Under the pieces are notes generated by a model. The model searched no databases and had not been told where the DNA came from. It saw nothing but the letters and a program-made list of their open reading frames with translations. 64,000 nt of DNA from Octopus sinensis (lineage: Eukaryota), in contig NC_043006.1 in the NCBI RefSeq assembly GCF_006345805.1, positions 44,516,001-44,580,000 on the forward strand. Reading direction: 5' to 3'. Below, one piece after another: positions 25,415-39,665 of this stretch. Position 1 is the stretch's first letter, and each line of letters opens with the position of its first letter. The position numbers were made by a program, and so were the translations under genes.

Positions 25415-28400
25415 AGACAGATAATCACTTGGAATTTGCCGTACCAAATGATGTCGATGAAAATACCACTTGGAATTACCATCTACAATTAAGTACCAAT
25501 AAAAATGTTACTGATCAAACCAGTTCTGTGACAATGGTCAGTACTGAAATGATAACTGATGCTAACACAGAAACAGGTATAATTCATGATTCCATAAAGA
25601 GACAAGAAAATTCACTTAAAGCTGCTGTTACTACACCCAGCTGGACAAGTTATACAGGAGTTTGGGGTTATAGATTCCTTACAGCAATCACAAGCAAATC
25701 GTTTGATCTTCAACACTCAAAAGAATTAAGTGATGTTTTTAATTTTCTCCACAACAAAACTCCAGTTGAGAAAAGTTCTGATATCTTTACAAATCTAACG
25801 AGAAATATCAGTGAGGACATTACTGGCCTAGATGTTGGCAAAGGTCACAATAATCAATCTGAAATCACACAAGTGAACTTGTCCATAACTACATTGACCC
25901 CACATAGAGAAAATAACATTGATCTCAGGACTAAGCAAGAGAACAATTCGCATGAATCAATCAATGTAAAAACTGGTATTAACATAAAACCTTCTGGTTC
26001 TGGTTGGTTGGCCATTCCTTTTCAGTATTTAACAAGAGGTTCTGCACAAAGCAAACGAAATTCATCAAGCATAAACATGAATATTAAGCATAAACAACAA
26101 AAATCTCATAAAGAACTGCCAGCAGAATTTGGGATTATAAATTCCAACGAAGCTGTAACAGTTCAAAATTATATGGCAAACACTGACATGAATAAAGATA
26201 ATTCTTTGCGAGGATCCAATAATCTAGTGGAGATTACAAATAATCCATTTGATCTTTCTGAAAAGAATGACAGTAACATATTCAAGAGTACGCTTATACC
26301 TGTTAAAACTGATAAGAGTAGCTACAAAGATTATATAGGAAAACAGAGGAATCTTAATTCAGATATCAAGAATATTCCAGTTGTTACCAATAGTCAAAGA
26401 AATGTAACTGACATGTTATCAGATATTATTATGGGAGACAACAACTCTACACTGAAGCTTCCAGTTGACACCTTTGATGAAACAACTATTAGAACATCAC
26501 AACCTGGTACAGAATCTGGGAATAAAGCCATTGTTTCAGATTTGTATCTGCTTTCTTCTTCCCCTAATGTAACTAGGAATCAGCTAGAGACTGAAAAAAT
26601 ACACATAGCCAGTGGATTAAGTCAGGATCATCCTAATGCTATAATCTCAAATTCAGACTCAACCACTAATCCTTTTAAAGATATGCTCTCTTCTATGGTC
26701 AATTCTACTACCAATGACAGGCCAAAGGCCCCAGGAATGGGGAATGTAAATTTAACACAAAATCAAACCCATATGAGAAATATAGGCCTCAAATCAACAG
26801 ATGAATCCCTTTTCATGCAAGATGTTTCAATAACTCCTTTGACCAACAAATATTTAAATAAAAGTGATTACATTGATACAACAAGTAGGTCCTCCACAAA
26901 CAGGGACCAACAACCTGTTATTTTACAGAAGGTAACCACAAAAAGAAGCCAGCAAGATTTTATTGCATTACAAGCATCTACTACAAACAGAATACTACAA
27001 GCTGTTGTTATATCAGAGTCAGACAGAAATAGGGACCAGCAAGGCATTATTACATCACAGAAGCCTACTACAAACTGGAACCAGCAAATTGTTGGTATAC
27101 TCCAATCAAACAGAGACAGGGCTCAACAAAATGTTGACACACCCCAATCAACTAGAAACAGGGACCAACAAGGTATTGATACAGCACAGAAGCCTACCAC
27201 AAATGTGAACCAGCACGTTGTTGATATATCTCAGCTCAACAGAGATTGGGCTAAACAAGATGTTGGTAGCACACAGCCAACTGGAAATAGGGACCAGCTA
27301 AGTGGTGTTACATTACATGAATTCACTACAGTTAAAGGCCAGTTAGTTGCTGTTACACAGAAGTCTATCATAGACTTGAATCAGCAAGATGCTTCTCTAC
27401 AAATGTATACTGTCACCGTGACAACTCCTTATCACAGGACATACACAACAGTCGAACCTCCTCCGCCTCAGCATTCTCAGGGCATTGTGTCCCCAACAAT
27501 ACCTATTACAGAGAGTAACACTGATACCACTGTTTGGTCCCAGGATTTGAATTTATTGAAAAACACAGTAAAAGCTGATAATGATAATCTGACCATCAGA
27601 GCTGGCCATCGAGCTGATTTTCAGATTGACAATAACATTAAGAAAGAGCAGCCAACTGACTCTGAAGAAGATATTGGTGTAACTACTTTTATGTCTGCAG
27701 GATTTGGTTGGGTAAAGATTCCTGTCAATAAAACTTTACCTGACAATAACATTAGAAATGACACTCATTATATTTTTACCAAAAAGGGTTATAAAAAGCC
27801 CATGAAACTCAGTACTGTCACCGAATCTATGAAAGGCTCACTACTAGCATCTATAATCACAAACAACACTGACAGATTAACAACTAACCAGAATGTGGAT
27901 GTTACTAATACTAAACCACTACATAGCTTTCACCCTACACAAAATTCTACTGCAACAAGATTGAATGTAATTAAACCCGTAGATTCTAATGTTTTAGCTT
28001 CATTTGCTCCTGAGGAAGAGCTTGTAACTAGTAAAATAACTGAGAAAAATGTTATTTATATGGTGAATCATGATACATCCATAGTAAACCCTCTTGAGAT
28101 TAATGCAAATACAAATTATAATTCGATAACTAATACTCTGAATATTACAACAGCATTTACACCTAACATCACTCAAAGAAAGGTTCAACATTCTGCCTCA
28201 ACTGAGAGCTCTCCAAGATCAATATCAACAGAAATAAAGCATTTACAAAATGTTCCTACTTTTGGGCAAAACAAATCTTTGACACAAAAATCTTTGTTAA
28301 ATGTAACTTCTGATCTTCTTCAAGTGTCAAGCTCTAAATGGTCCCAGGATCTGACTAAAACACATCCACTACATACCTCTGTTCCTCAGTTTAAAAGTGA

Positions 28401-28734
28401 TACAACCCAAAATGTGCCCACTACATCAAACCAATTTATATCCTCACCAAAATTTATATCAGATCAACAGCAATTCACTAATAATTCTTTGAATCGTGAG
28501 GCAATGACTGTATCTTCTCCAAAGCCTCTCACTTCAATTAATAGTTTTACCACACCAAATCCTCCATATATGGGTTTGGTATCATCTTCAAACCAATCTG
28601 TTATGAAATTAAAAGTAACCCAAAATAGTATTCCTGACAATGTGTTTGGAGTAAAAGCGGTAACTGCAACAGCTTCTAGCTTCACAGCCACACAGTCTTC
28701 TTTAGAAAAGAAACAAAAAACAAGTAATTCATAG
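25415..28734 (+). CDS. Exon 6, ~1,100-aa Ser/Thr/Asn-rich mucin-like stalk; ends at TAG 28732-28734 or is spliced at the phase-1 donor at 28724
   Basis: 3.3-kb stop-free frame in AT-rich DNA; acceptor tttttatgtttcag|AG in phase 1 matches exon 5. The joined CDS is 4,029 nt (1,342 aa + stop). More than 25 N-x-S/T sequons by my count. Confidence 0.85.
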
Positions 28735-28864
28735 AAATATTGTCAAATCAAGTTCACAACCAGGGACAGATTAAGATCCAAAGAGGCTCTAAGCATCTAA
28801 AAGATTTTGGTGCCCCCATTATGTAATTCACAATATAAACAATAAGCCATAAATCTAGAAAAGT

Positions 28865-29253
28865 ACTTGGGAGAGTGCAGACCTCCGCCAAGCAGCTCAT
28901 TTTAAGATAGATACGCGAGTAAAATTATTAATAGAGAAATGAAAATAAACTTTGGGAACAGCAACGCCACCATAGGTTATGTGGGAATGATGAACGTGTT
29001 TTCAAGGGAGATAATCAAAGAACGTAACATTGTAATACTTCATGTAAAGTAAACATAACAAATGAAAAATCCTTCAAGAATCCATAAAAATTCCCGGATC
29101 ACTACCAAAATTTCAACATCTATTCCTTGTGTCATTACCAACGTTTCCTGCAAGTTTCATCAAATACCGTTCACAACTGTTTGAGTTATTTTGCACACAG
29201 ACGGACAAACCAACACCGATGAAAACATAATCTCCTTCCTTGGCGGAGGTAAT
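28865..29253 (+). mobile_element. Helentron/HINE-like non-autonomous element
   Basis: Subterminal inverted repeat acctccgccaag (28881) and cttggcggaggt (29239); cagac-type repeat near the 3' end. Confidence 0.6.
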
Positions 29254-30604
29254 AAATTTTTATTTTTTAAAATGAAACAAAGCTAACAGTAAGATGGAAA
29301 ATAATGTTTATTTTTGTATATTCCACTTTATTTATATTTGAAAAGTTTTCTCCTACTTTTATTTACTGGCAAAGTCTTTGATCAGATCCTTACTGTGGCA
29401 CCATGGACACTTCAAAATTATATTTCTGATCATGTAAACCGATTCAAATATTATTTTAACAAGTTTAAAGTGATTTCTTTTGTGCTGTCAACCATTTACC
29501 ATTTCTGTGGTGCCCCGCTCCTTCCCTTGATGCCCCAAGCACATGCTTATTTTGTTTAATGGTTAATCCAGTGCTGTTCACAACAGATATGGTGAATAAA
29601 AAATTTACAAAAATATATGCAAATATTTACTTTATTCATCAATCCTAAAATTTAGGGTAGGTAGAGTTAGGGAAATTGCTCAAGAAAATAAAACAGTACT
29701 ATAAGGATTTAAAAAGAAATATAAATTCAAGGCATTTCTCAAGTGGAATCTCCTACCTGTATTTCCACTTGCTACAAATGTTCAAGCTGAAATCAATCAT
29801 ATCTATATTACTGATTGAGAGAACCTGCCAAACAAATGAATCCGCCTCCTCCTTATCGTTGTCATCATCATCATCATTACTTAATGTCCACTTTTCCTTG
29901 CTCGCATGGGTCAGACAGAATTTGATGAGAGAGACTTTCTATGGCTGGATGCCCTTCCTGTTGCCAACCCTCATCTGTTCTCATGCAAGGTAATATCTTC
30001 TCGGAGTCAGACATGTTATTCACAGAAACTTTGCTTGTACGATGATGATGATTGTTTACAACAACATGGTGTCAAGACATGAGTATACAAACACACATAT
30101 ACACAAACAAACACCCATGCCAGTGGCACATAAAAAGCACCCAGAACACACTGTTAGGTGGTTGGCATTAGGAAGGGTATCCAGCCATAGAAACCATGCC
30201 ACAATAGACAATTGGAGTCTGGACACCTCCTTGCTAGTCAGCTCCATGTCAAACTGTCCAATCTATGCCAGCATGGAAAGAGGACGCTAAATGATGATGA
30301 TATATGACAGATTTCTTTCAGTTTCCATGTGCAAAATACACCCACAGGGCTTTGCTTGGCCCAGGGCTATATTAGAAGACACTTGCCTAAGGTATATAGT
30401 CAGACTGAATCCAATACTACATGGTTCGGAAGCAAGCTTCTTAACTACCAGCCATATCTGCACTCCTCTGATTGTATTATAAACACACACACACGGAGAA
30501 AGAAACCAAAAGTCTAGTATTCAAGCCTCAGCCTTGAAGTATTTAGTCAAACAAATTGAGCCCAGTATTTTTTTTTTTTTAGTATGATACATATTTTTCA
30601 ATAT

Positions 30605-30780
30605 TATTATTATTATTATTATTATTATTCACTGCCTGGAATTGAACTTGGAATATTGGGGTTAGTAGCCCGCACTCTTAACCACTACAGGCATATGGCG
30701 TAGTGGTTAAGAGCGCAGGCTACTAACCCCAAGATTCCGAGTTCGATTCCAGACAGTGACCTGAATAATAATAATGACAC
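30605..30780. mobile_element. Back-to-back pair of short tRNA-like SINE heads with (AAT)n tails
   Basis: Inverted repeat 30630-30758; A box ggcgtagtggtt; B box gagttcgattcc. Confidence 0.65.
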
Positions 30781-32752
30781 ATATTTCATTAAGCTGTTTT
30801 GCTGAACTGCTAAATCACAGAGACATAAGCAAACTATCATCAAGTGTCTAGCAGTGTAGGGACAAGCACACACAATGGGCTTCCATACAGTTTCTGTCTA
30901 CCAAACCTACTCACAAGGCATTGGCCAGCCTTGGCACTGGAGGTGCCAACTATATGGTTGTAAAGTAAACTTAACCCCCTAGCATTTAGACCAGCCATAA
31001 CTGGCCCAATATTCTGACTGTTTTATGAATAAATTAGCTAGATCTGACCTCTCATACATATCCTACAATATCACTCTAAAAATAAACAATATCATCATCA
31101 AAATCTCAAAGCTATTTTGGCCTAAATATCATGCATATTATATTCTGACCAGCCAGATCCAGCCTCTCAAACCTACCCAACAGAGTCATTCTTAAAATAA
31201 ACAATCACATCATCGAAATCTCAAAGCCATGAGATATTGCATGATTAATTCAAAACAATGTGAATAATTAAGCAGTACATTTAACAAAGTAATCTAATTG
31301 CTAAACAGTGAAATACATCACTATTGCTGCAGCTGTAACATCCATGCTTATGTCTGTTGTTAGAACAATTTTTACAACTTTGTTTTCATTTTAAGACTGT
31401 TTATTCTTTGTTTGCCAAAGTCTACAATGATGTGTTGACATGTTGAGTAATTCCATGCATTTGTGAACACAATTTGTTGCCAGTGCCACTGGACTGGCTC
31501 CTGTGCAGGTGGCATGTTAAAAACACCATTTGAGCATGGCCATTGCCTGTACTGCCTGACTGGCCCTCGTGCTGGTGGCACGTAAAAGCACCCACTACAC
31601 TCTCGGAGTGGTTGGTGTTAGGAAGGGCATCCAGCTGTAGAAACCACCAGATCAGATTGAAGCGTGGTGCAGCCATCTGGTTCGCCAGTCCTCAGTCAAA
31701 TCAGCCAACCCATACTGGCATGGAAAGCAGATGTTAAACGATGATGATGAAGTAATTGACACTTCTCACTTGCAATATCATTTCCATATTTTTACCTTCC
31801 AGATCTTGTACTAAACAGGTCACTTAATCATTCAGACATTATTATCAAGAATATGTATTCACACAATCACGTCCACCCTCTCTTCTAAACTGGGAGCAGT
31901 CATGTTGCACCTCTGGCCCATTCTCTCATACTTTACCTGTCTTTTGCATCTCATGTCTTAGCATAAAATTATCTCCCAAGGGTTTGTAGTCTTGCAAACT
32001 ACATGATGGCCCTATTAGGCCGAATTGGCAGGAAAAAAAAAAGCACTCAATATATGCTGTAATGTGGTTGGCATTAGGAAGAACATCCAGCCATAGAAAC
32101 CCTGCCAAAGCAGACACTGAAACATAATGCAATCCTAGGATCCATCAGATCCTGTCAAACCATCCAATCTATATCATAATGGAAGCAAGACATATGATGA
32201 TGATGATGATGGTAGAAACAAATCTAGAGACACATAAAAGTGCCACTAATAACTGTTAATGAACAAGCTGTCATCATCATCATCACTGAACATCTGTTTT
32301 CCATGCTGGCATGGATTGGGTGGTTTGACAGGGGCTGGCCAGCTGAGGAGCAGTCCAGACTCCAATTGTCTGTTGTGGCATAGTTTCTACCACTTGGTGT
32401 CCTTCCAAATGCCAACCACTTTACAGAGTGTGCTGGGTGCTTTTTACATACCAATGGCACAGGTACAAGTGCATTTTATGTGGCAATATTGATTACAAAT
32501 TTTGGGGAGGGGGGGAGTAAGTGAAATAACATTTATTCTTATTGATATTTAAATTCATAATAATGTTTAACCCTTCAGTATTTAAACCAGCCATATCCGG
32601 CCAAAATATTCTACCGGTTTTATCTTCAAACTGGCCAGACTTGGCCCCTCGCATCTACTTTGCAATGTTATTCTAAAAATAAACTACTACATCATCAAAA
32701 TCTTGAAGCTACAAGATATTTCATGATTAATTCAAAACAATGTGAATAAATA

Positions 32753-33140
32753 GGTGCAGCAGTGGCTGTGTGGTAAGTAGTTTGCTTACCAACCACATGG
32801 TTCTGGGTTCATTCCCACTGCGTGGCACCTTGGGCAAGTGACTTCTACTATAGCCTCGGGCCGACCAAAGTTTTGTGAGTGGATTAGGTAGACGGAAACT
32901 GAAAGAAGCCCACCATATATATGTATGTGTGTGTTTATGTGTTTGTGTTTGTCCCCCCAACATTGCTTGACAACCGATGGTGGTTTGTTTACATTCCCGT
33001 AACTTAGTGGTTTGGCAAAAGAGACCGATAGAATAAGCACTAGGCTTACAAAGAATAAGTCCTAGGGTCGATTTGCTCGACTAAAGGTGGTGCTCCAGCA
33101 TGGCTACAGTCAAATGACTGAAACAAGTAAAAAAATAAAA
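32753..33140 (+). mobile_element. tRNA-headed SINE family A with internal (TA)n(TG)n
   Basis: gtggctgtgtggtaag head; ccttgggcaagtg core; gactgaaacaagtaaaag tail. Confidence 0.85.
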
Positions 33141-33597
33141 GAGTAAATAAGTATTACATTAGACAAAATAATCTGAATGCTAAAGGGTTAAATTTTCTTT
33201 TTACTGTAAAAATGTAAACTCAAATTAAAGAACAAAACAGACTCGGGTTAGTATTAACAGAAAATAGATTAAATCTTGAATGCAGTTTAAATATCTGTTT
33301 GTACAGCAGCACTGTTCCACACACATATCGGGTTTTACTCGAGTCTTGTAAAATATCAGAAATAGATCAGAGTTAATCAATCATAATGCAATGAGTTTGC
33401 TTCTGATTAAACTTGTTATAACAACAACAATTAGACTGGGATAGATTTACAGTCTACTGATATTGTAAATCAATCAATTAGTCAGATTAGATTTCACAAT
33501 AGTTGGGGGAAAGATTCAAAGCCCATCTAAAACATGATGACTTAAGACTAGAAATTTTCAGATTTTTGGAATGAGTATGAAAAAATAAATAATTATA

Positions 33598-34205
33598 AAA
33601 TTTTGCCCCCTGACTGGCTCCTGTGCCAGTGACAAGTAAAAAGCAATATCCGAATGTGGTCAGTGCCAGTGCCTCCTGACTGGCTCCCGTGCCAGTGGCA
33701 CATAAAAAGCACCATCTGAACATGGTTGATGCCAGTTGCCTCTGACTGGCTCCCATGTCGGTGGCACATCAAAAGCACCATCCAAACATGGCTGATGCCA
33801 GAATCCACTGACTGGCTTTTGTGGCAGTGGATCATGAAAAGCACCATCTGAACGTGGTTGATGCCACAGTGGCCCCTGACTTGTTCCCATGCTGGTGGCA
33901 CATAAAAAGCACCATTCGAACGTCTTTGATGCCAGTGCCCCCTGACTGGTGGCACATAAAAAGCACCATCTGAATGTGGTCGATGCCAGTGCCCCCAACT
34001 GGCTCCCGTGCTGGTGACATGTAAAAAGCACCCACTACACTCTCGGAGCAATTGGTGTTAGGAAGTGCATCCAGTTGTAGAAACATTGCCAGATCAGATT
34101 GGAGCCTGGTGCAGCCTCCTGGCTTGCTAGTCTTCAGACAAACCGTCCAACCCATGCCAGCATGGAAAACGAACATTAAACGATAATGACGATGATGATG
34201 ATGAT
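33598..34205 (+). mobile_element. Family C repeat with about 7 diverged ~60-bp tandem units
   Basis: Repeated ggcacataaaaagcaccat units followed by the conserved terminus and (gat)n. Confidence 0.8.
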
Positions 34206-35085
34206 TCTATGAATCTTCCTTGTTTATTGATTTCAAATTCAAACTTCTAGTCCATCCAAGGATTATCTAGAAATGATTATCTCCCTTACATTAATTGACC
34301 ACATGGTTTACAACTTGCTATCTAAAAATATTTTCCATGTTTGCAAAGGCGTTGCCGATGAGAATGGCCAAGTGATACTCGCTGCAAAAGCCACCCAACC
34401 TCATGAGGCTCATTTCTCAAACGGGCCACAGTTATCCTGATTCGATGGAGGAAATCAGTCTGGGATATACAGCTGTTTCTCCCACCATTGTATTCTACTG
34501 TTTAACCCCGCATTCTTTCTTTTTCTTGGTTTCCTCGGTGAGGAAAAACCAGAACTTTGTTTCCTAGTTTGGGTTTTTTTTTTCTTGATTTGATTTGTTA
34601 TACTTCTAATATAGTGACTTTTCTTTTTCTTCCTGCGAAAGAATGTTGCTAAATAAAAATCTATTTTATATTGAAAAAAAAAAAAAAAAATTTCAATGTT
34701 TATTATTCAAGTTCCTAAAAATAAAATAAAGGAATTAAAAAAAGTATGTTAAATCAAAAATGTTTCTAGTAATAAATATTTCAACTATAAACAAGGAGAA
34801 AATAATTTTAAATATGTTATCTTTTTTTATTATGGTTACAAATATCTGGAACACTTAACATATTGGTTATATAAGTCAAAACTTGGAAATCACAACTAAC
34901 AGCCAGATGCCGTGCATGTGGCCAATCCTCCTGTTTCCAATAAAGGTGTTGTGGAAAGATCCTGACCACCCCCATGTGACCAAAAGTGGACTGACACATT
35001 TCGATAAAATAAAGAAACTGTGTGTAACTGTTGTTAGTTGACAGTGTTGGTTGTTCGTATTGGATTACTGAGTTTAATATCATTC

Positions 35086-35521
35086 TGTAGCAGCACAAAC
35101 AGCCAGTGCCATATTGGATGAGATCTTGCAGCAGCCATTGTAATCTCTGAGACTGGAGCGAGACCTCACCTGCATCCATTTGCCATGCATGAGATCACAA
35201 TAAGGCTCATTGTGGAAAAAACTATATAAAGGGAAAACCCTCTTCAAATTTCTCTTCTTCGGCGCCACTACACAGTAACACTGGCTGAGGTTTTCTGCCT
35301 GTCTATCTCCAGAGGCAATACGCCCACACTATTGGAGCTTAAGATGGTAGCTGAGAGCAGCACACTTCACCTTTCCTGTAAATAAACCAGTTGTAAATAG
35401 CAGTTGTACTTGAAGTCTTTTCTCTTTGCCTGCTGAAAGCCTGAACCACTTGAAGAACAAAAGGATGATGGAATGAGACGATATTCCTCCGATATCGTAA
35501 ACCTTGCCTTCCTTTATTAAA
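35086..35521. mobile_element. Solo LTR, second copy
   Basis: TGTAG start; TSD attc (35082-85 and 35522-25); aligns by eye to 12475-12928. Confidence 0.7.
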
Positions 35522-36495
35522 ATTCTATGTTTGGAATAGTACGGAGTACATTCTGTGTGAATATATTAATTCTGTGAAAGGTTATTCTAGATAACCATAT
35601 CCAAATAATAATTTGGGTAATATTATTCCTACATCCTTGTGCACGCCCCGACGTCATCAAATCATTTTTTGGTGATGAAATATTCAAAACCACAACGTAA
35701 ACAAAACGTAATATTTCTCGATAGCTGGACATGTTTGCATGAAAGTTTGAAAATGAAGGATAATGGTTGTATGATAGTGACACATGTCTATGACAATCAC
35801 ACAACGTCAAGGCATGCACGCACACACTCACATATGATGGGCTTCTTTTAGTTTCCATCTACCATATCCACTCACAAGTGCTACACTGTGGGACTGAACC
35901 TAAAACCATGTAGTTGGAAAGCAAGCTTCTTAACCACACAACCACATCTGCACCCATCTAGATCAATATTATTTGTGCATTGAGCTTTAAAATGATGGAG
36001 TGAAACTTGGAAATTTGGTTGCTTTTTTTTTCATCATCATCATCATCTTTTAACATCTACTTTCCATGCTGGCATGGGTTGGACGGTTTGACTGAGGACT
36101 GGCAAGCCAGGAAGCTACACCAAGCTCCAATCTGATCTGGCAAAAGTTCTACAGCTGTATTTCCTTCCTAATACCAACCACTCTAAGAGTATAGTGGGTG
36201 CATTTTACATACCACCAGCACAGGGGCCAGTCAGGCAGTACTGGCATCAACCACGCTTGAATGGTGCTTTTTTCGTGCCTACATTCATGGAGTTGTGAGT
36301 TTCATGCAATAAATATTCACTTTGAATATTTGTAGGTCAATTTCTACAAGAAAAGTCTTGATCTGGATGCATTTCCAGTTGTGAAACAAGAATTGTGAAA
36401 GTGTTTCATTTGAGGTCTGAGAGATGAGATACAGATGGGGCTGAGTAGAAAGGGCATGTAGATAGCTAATTAAAAGCAGAAACCATTGCAGCATA

Positions 36496-36648
36496 GGCAT
36501 AGGAGAGGCTGTGTGGTAAGTAGCTCCGGGTTCAGTCCCACTGCATGACACCTTGGGCAAGTGTCTTCTACTATAGCCTCAGGCCGACCAAAGCCTTGTG
36601 AGTGGATCTGGTAGACAGAAACTGAAAGAAGCCCGTCGTATATGCGTG

Positions 36649-36683
<35 letters not shown>

Positions 36684-36893
36684 ATGTACGTGTGTGTATA
36701 TGTTTGTGTGTCTGTCCGCCCAACATTGTTTGACAACCGATGCTGGTGTTTACGTCCCTATAACTTAGTGGTTCGGCAAAAGACCACAATGGAATAAGTA
36801 CTAGGCTTACAAAGAATAAGTCCTGGGATTGATTTGCTCGACTAAAGGCGGTGCTCCAGCATGGCCACAGTAAAATGACTGAAACAAGTAAAA
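36496..36893 (+). mobile_element. SINE family A
   Basis: Full-length match to other copies. Confidence 0.85.
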
Positions 36894-37324
36894 GTGTAGA
36901 AGGGAAAAAGGTAGGAAGTGCAAAATAATAAATCTGTAAGCTGAAGATTGTAGCATGTTGGTAAGTGAATTAGTGTCAATTAGTTCAGTCACTTATGGTT
37001 AAGAGATGTGTGTGTGCAGCAGGATACATAGAGTAAAGCCGCTAGGCACAAAGATTGATCTTGAACTCTGTCATGCAAGCACACTTAATATATGAGTGTT
37101 TGTCCCTTGCCACTTGATAACTAGTTAGTGTTGGTGCGTTTATGTCCTTGTAACTTGGCAGTTCAGCAAAAGAGACAGATAAAATAAGTATCAGGCTTTA
37201 GAAAAAAAAAAGTATTGGGGTCAATTCATCTGGCTAAAAGTTCTTACACATAAGGTTTTTGCTCACTTTTGTTGTTTATAGCAGTGCCTGGAATTAGAGT
37301 ATGCAGAGTGTGGTTGTCTCAAAG

Positions 37325-37450
37325 AAAAGATAGGGTTTCAGCCTCATAGGATCTCCTTGACTGTGTCAAAGAAGACAAAATTTATTTGGAAATAGTCATA
37401 ACTGGTGATGAATCATGGGTCTATGGCTATGACCCCAAAATCAAGGCAAA
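37325..37450 (+). pseudogene. Mariner transposase fragment
   Basis: IVITGDESWVYGYDP, the first catalytic Asp motif. Confidence 0.7.
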
Positions 37451-38396
37451 GATCAAATCCCACTTAAAAGACCACACAGCCACTCCTGTGTCTATATGCA
37501 GAAGGTTAAGACAGAGTAAAGCAGTCTGCTTAATAAGTATTGCAAATAGCTCATTAATGTAAAGAGTGTTTAACATTATTAAATCTTGGGGCACAAGAGT
37601 TGAAGGATTACAGATCTGAAAGAAATAGTTCCATCAACACATATTCATTCTTTATTGCCCGCAAGAGGCTAAACATAGAGGGGACAAACAAGGAAAAACA
37701 AAGGGATTAAGTCGATTAGATCGACCCCAGTGAATAACTGGTACTTATTTAATCAACCCCGAAAGGATGAAAGGCAAAGTCAACCTAGGTGGAATTTGAA
37801 CTCAGAATGTAATGGTAGATGAAATAGTACTAAGCATTTTGTCCAGCGTGCTAACAATTCTACCAGCTCGCCACTTTGTATATTACAAGATTGCAACCAG
37901 ACAAGATGCTTCCAATGCAAGGAATAAGAAATAGTCAAAGACCAAAAGAAACAACTTGGTTAGGAAATTCTTGTACCAAACATGGGCAAAAGCTTTATCA
38001 TTGTCAAATTCGAAAACGTTGACTTTTGGGAAAATGAACATCAGTTAATAACACTATTATTGCCATTCGGGAGCTATAGTAAAAGACACTTGCCTAGGTG
38101 TCATGTAGTAGGACTGAACCAAAAACCACATGGTTGGGAAATAAGCTTCTTAACCACACAGCCACGCCTGTATACAATTGTACAATTATATGTAAATTGT
38201 ATACTTAAAAAAAAATAATGTAGTGAAGGCATGGAACGAATTTCTTTTGCAGAAAGCTACAGTAGGATTCAAAATCAAATCAGTTAATTTCCCTTAACCT
38301 CACAGTGTTTTTTCCTTAGCAAGTCAACTTTATCAAGCTGTCTGACAGCAAAAGCTGTACTTAGAGATATTGACCACTGACCCCACCTTAACAATA

Positions 38397-38628
38397 CCTA
38401 TTTCTTTACTACCCACAAGGGGCTAAACACAGAGAGGACAAACAAGGACAGACAAACGGATTAAGTCAATTTTATCGACCCCAGTGCGTAACTGGTACTT
38501 ATTTAATCGATCCCGAAAGGATGAAAGGCAAAGTTGACCTCGGCGGAATTTGAACTCAGAACGTAACGGCAGACAAAATACAGCTAAGCATTTTGCCCAA
38601 CGTGCTAACGATTCTGCCAGCTCGCTGC
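38397..38628 (-). mobile_element. SINE family B
   Basis: Full head, core and tail. Confidence 0.85.
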
Positions 38629-39279
38629 CTTTTCAATACCGTTACATCATCATCATTCAGTATTTTAAATCCAGGTTTTGTTCCTGTTAACGGGGGTGGC
38701 TGGATCTACCTCAATGCCATAGCAACCGAGGTAGGCAGGTGCAGCCCACCCCAAGGTGCCACACAGTGGGACTAACCCCAGGACATATGACTTCCAATTC
38801 ATCATTTCCGAAAAAATTTCAAGCACAACCATCCCTATAGATGGTGCCAGTCTCCTTTGTTGTCATGAGGCATTTTTGAAGCTGGATTTTCTATGGGGAA
38901 CATGCCCTTGCTTACCCCCAACCTCAAGTTCTAGACATGAGTGGTCCTGAGACATGAATGGCCTCTACCACAATTTTTAAGAAATGTGGTGGAAAACTAG
39001 CTCAGGAAGGCACAGATGCTACTCCCTGAGACCCCTTTCAGAGCCCTCTTACCTGTAGCAATCCACAAAATTACAACAGGCAATTTAGGATTAACATATT
39101 TAACTCTTTTCATACAAAACCACACCAGATTATATTTGATTTGAGGATACCAACTTCCTGTTTTAGAGTGATCTAAATTAAAACCTGCAATCAATTTTCA
39201 TATTAATTTACATTCTAAACACAAGTTTAATAATGACAAAGTTATACTAAATTCTTCAATATTTTCAAAACTGAAACAA

Positions 39280-39665
39280 AGGAGTGGTTGTGTGGTAAGT
39301 AGTTTGCTTACCAACCACATGGTTCCGGGTTTATTCCCACTGCATGGCACCTTGGGCAAGTGTCTTCTATTATAGCCTTGGGTCGATCAAAGCCTTGTGA
39401 GTGGATTTGGTAGATGGAAACTGAAAGAAGCCCATCGCACCCACATATGCATATATGTGTGTGTGTGTATGTTTGTCCCCCCCAACATTGCTTGATAGCC
39501 GATGCTGGTGTGTTTACGTCCCCGTAACTTAGCGGTTCAGCAAAAGAGACTGATAGAATAAGTACTAGGCTTACAAAGAATAAGTCCTGGGGTCGATTTA
39601 CTCGACTAAAGGCAGTGCTCCAGCATGGCTACAGTCAAATAACTGAAACAAGTAAAAGAGTAAAA
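39280..39665 (+). mobile_element. SINE family A
   Basis: Full-length match. Confidence 0.85.

Noticed and set aside
31803-31965. Next exon of the SEA gene, or a GPI-signal-like terminal exon
   Set aside because: The frame after the strong acceptor stops after 28 codons with no recognisable content; the hydrophobic frame needs a weak alternative acceptor.
33487-34176. Overlapping 89-152-aa repetitive ORFs (also at 53.2-54.0 and 58.6-59.0 kb)
   Set aside because: Open frames arise from GC-rich, stop-poor tandem units of a retroelement UTR.
36080-36115. Hammerhead in family C (CTGAGGA ctggc aa gccag GAAG)
   Set aside because: No GAAA, an inverted stem II closing pair, and the motif is not conserved in other copies.
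39056-39160. Minus-strand exon (GSWYPQIKYN...WIATG|gtaaga)
   Set aside because: Good donor but weak acceptor, no partner exons and no recognisable homology.
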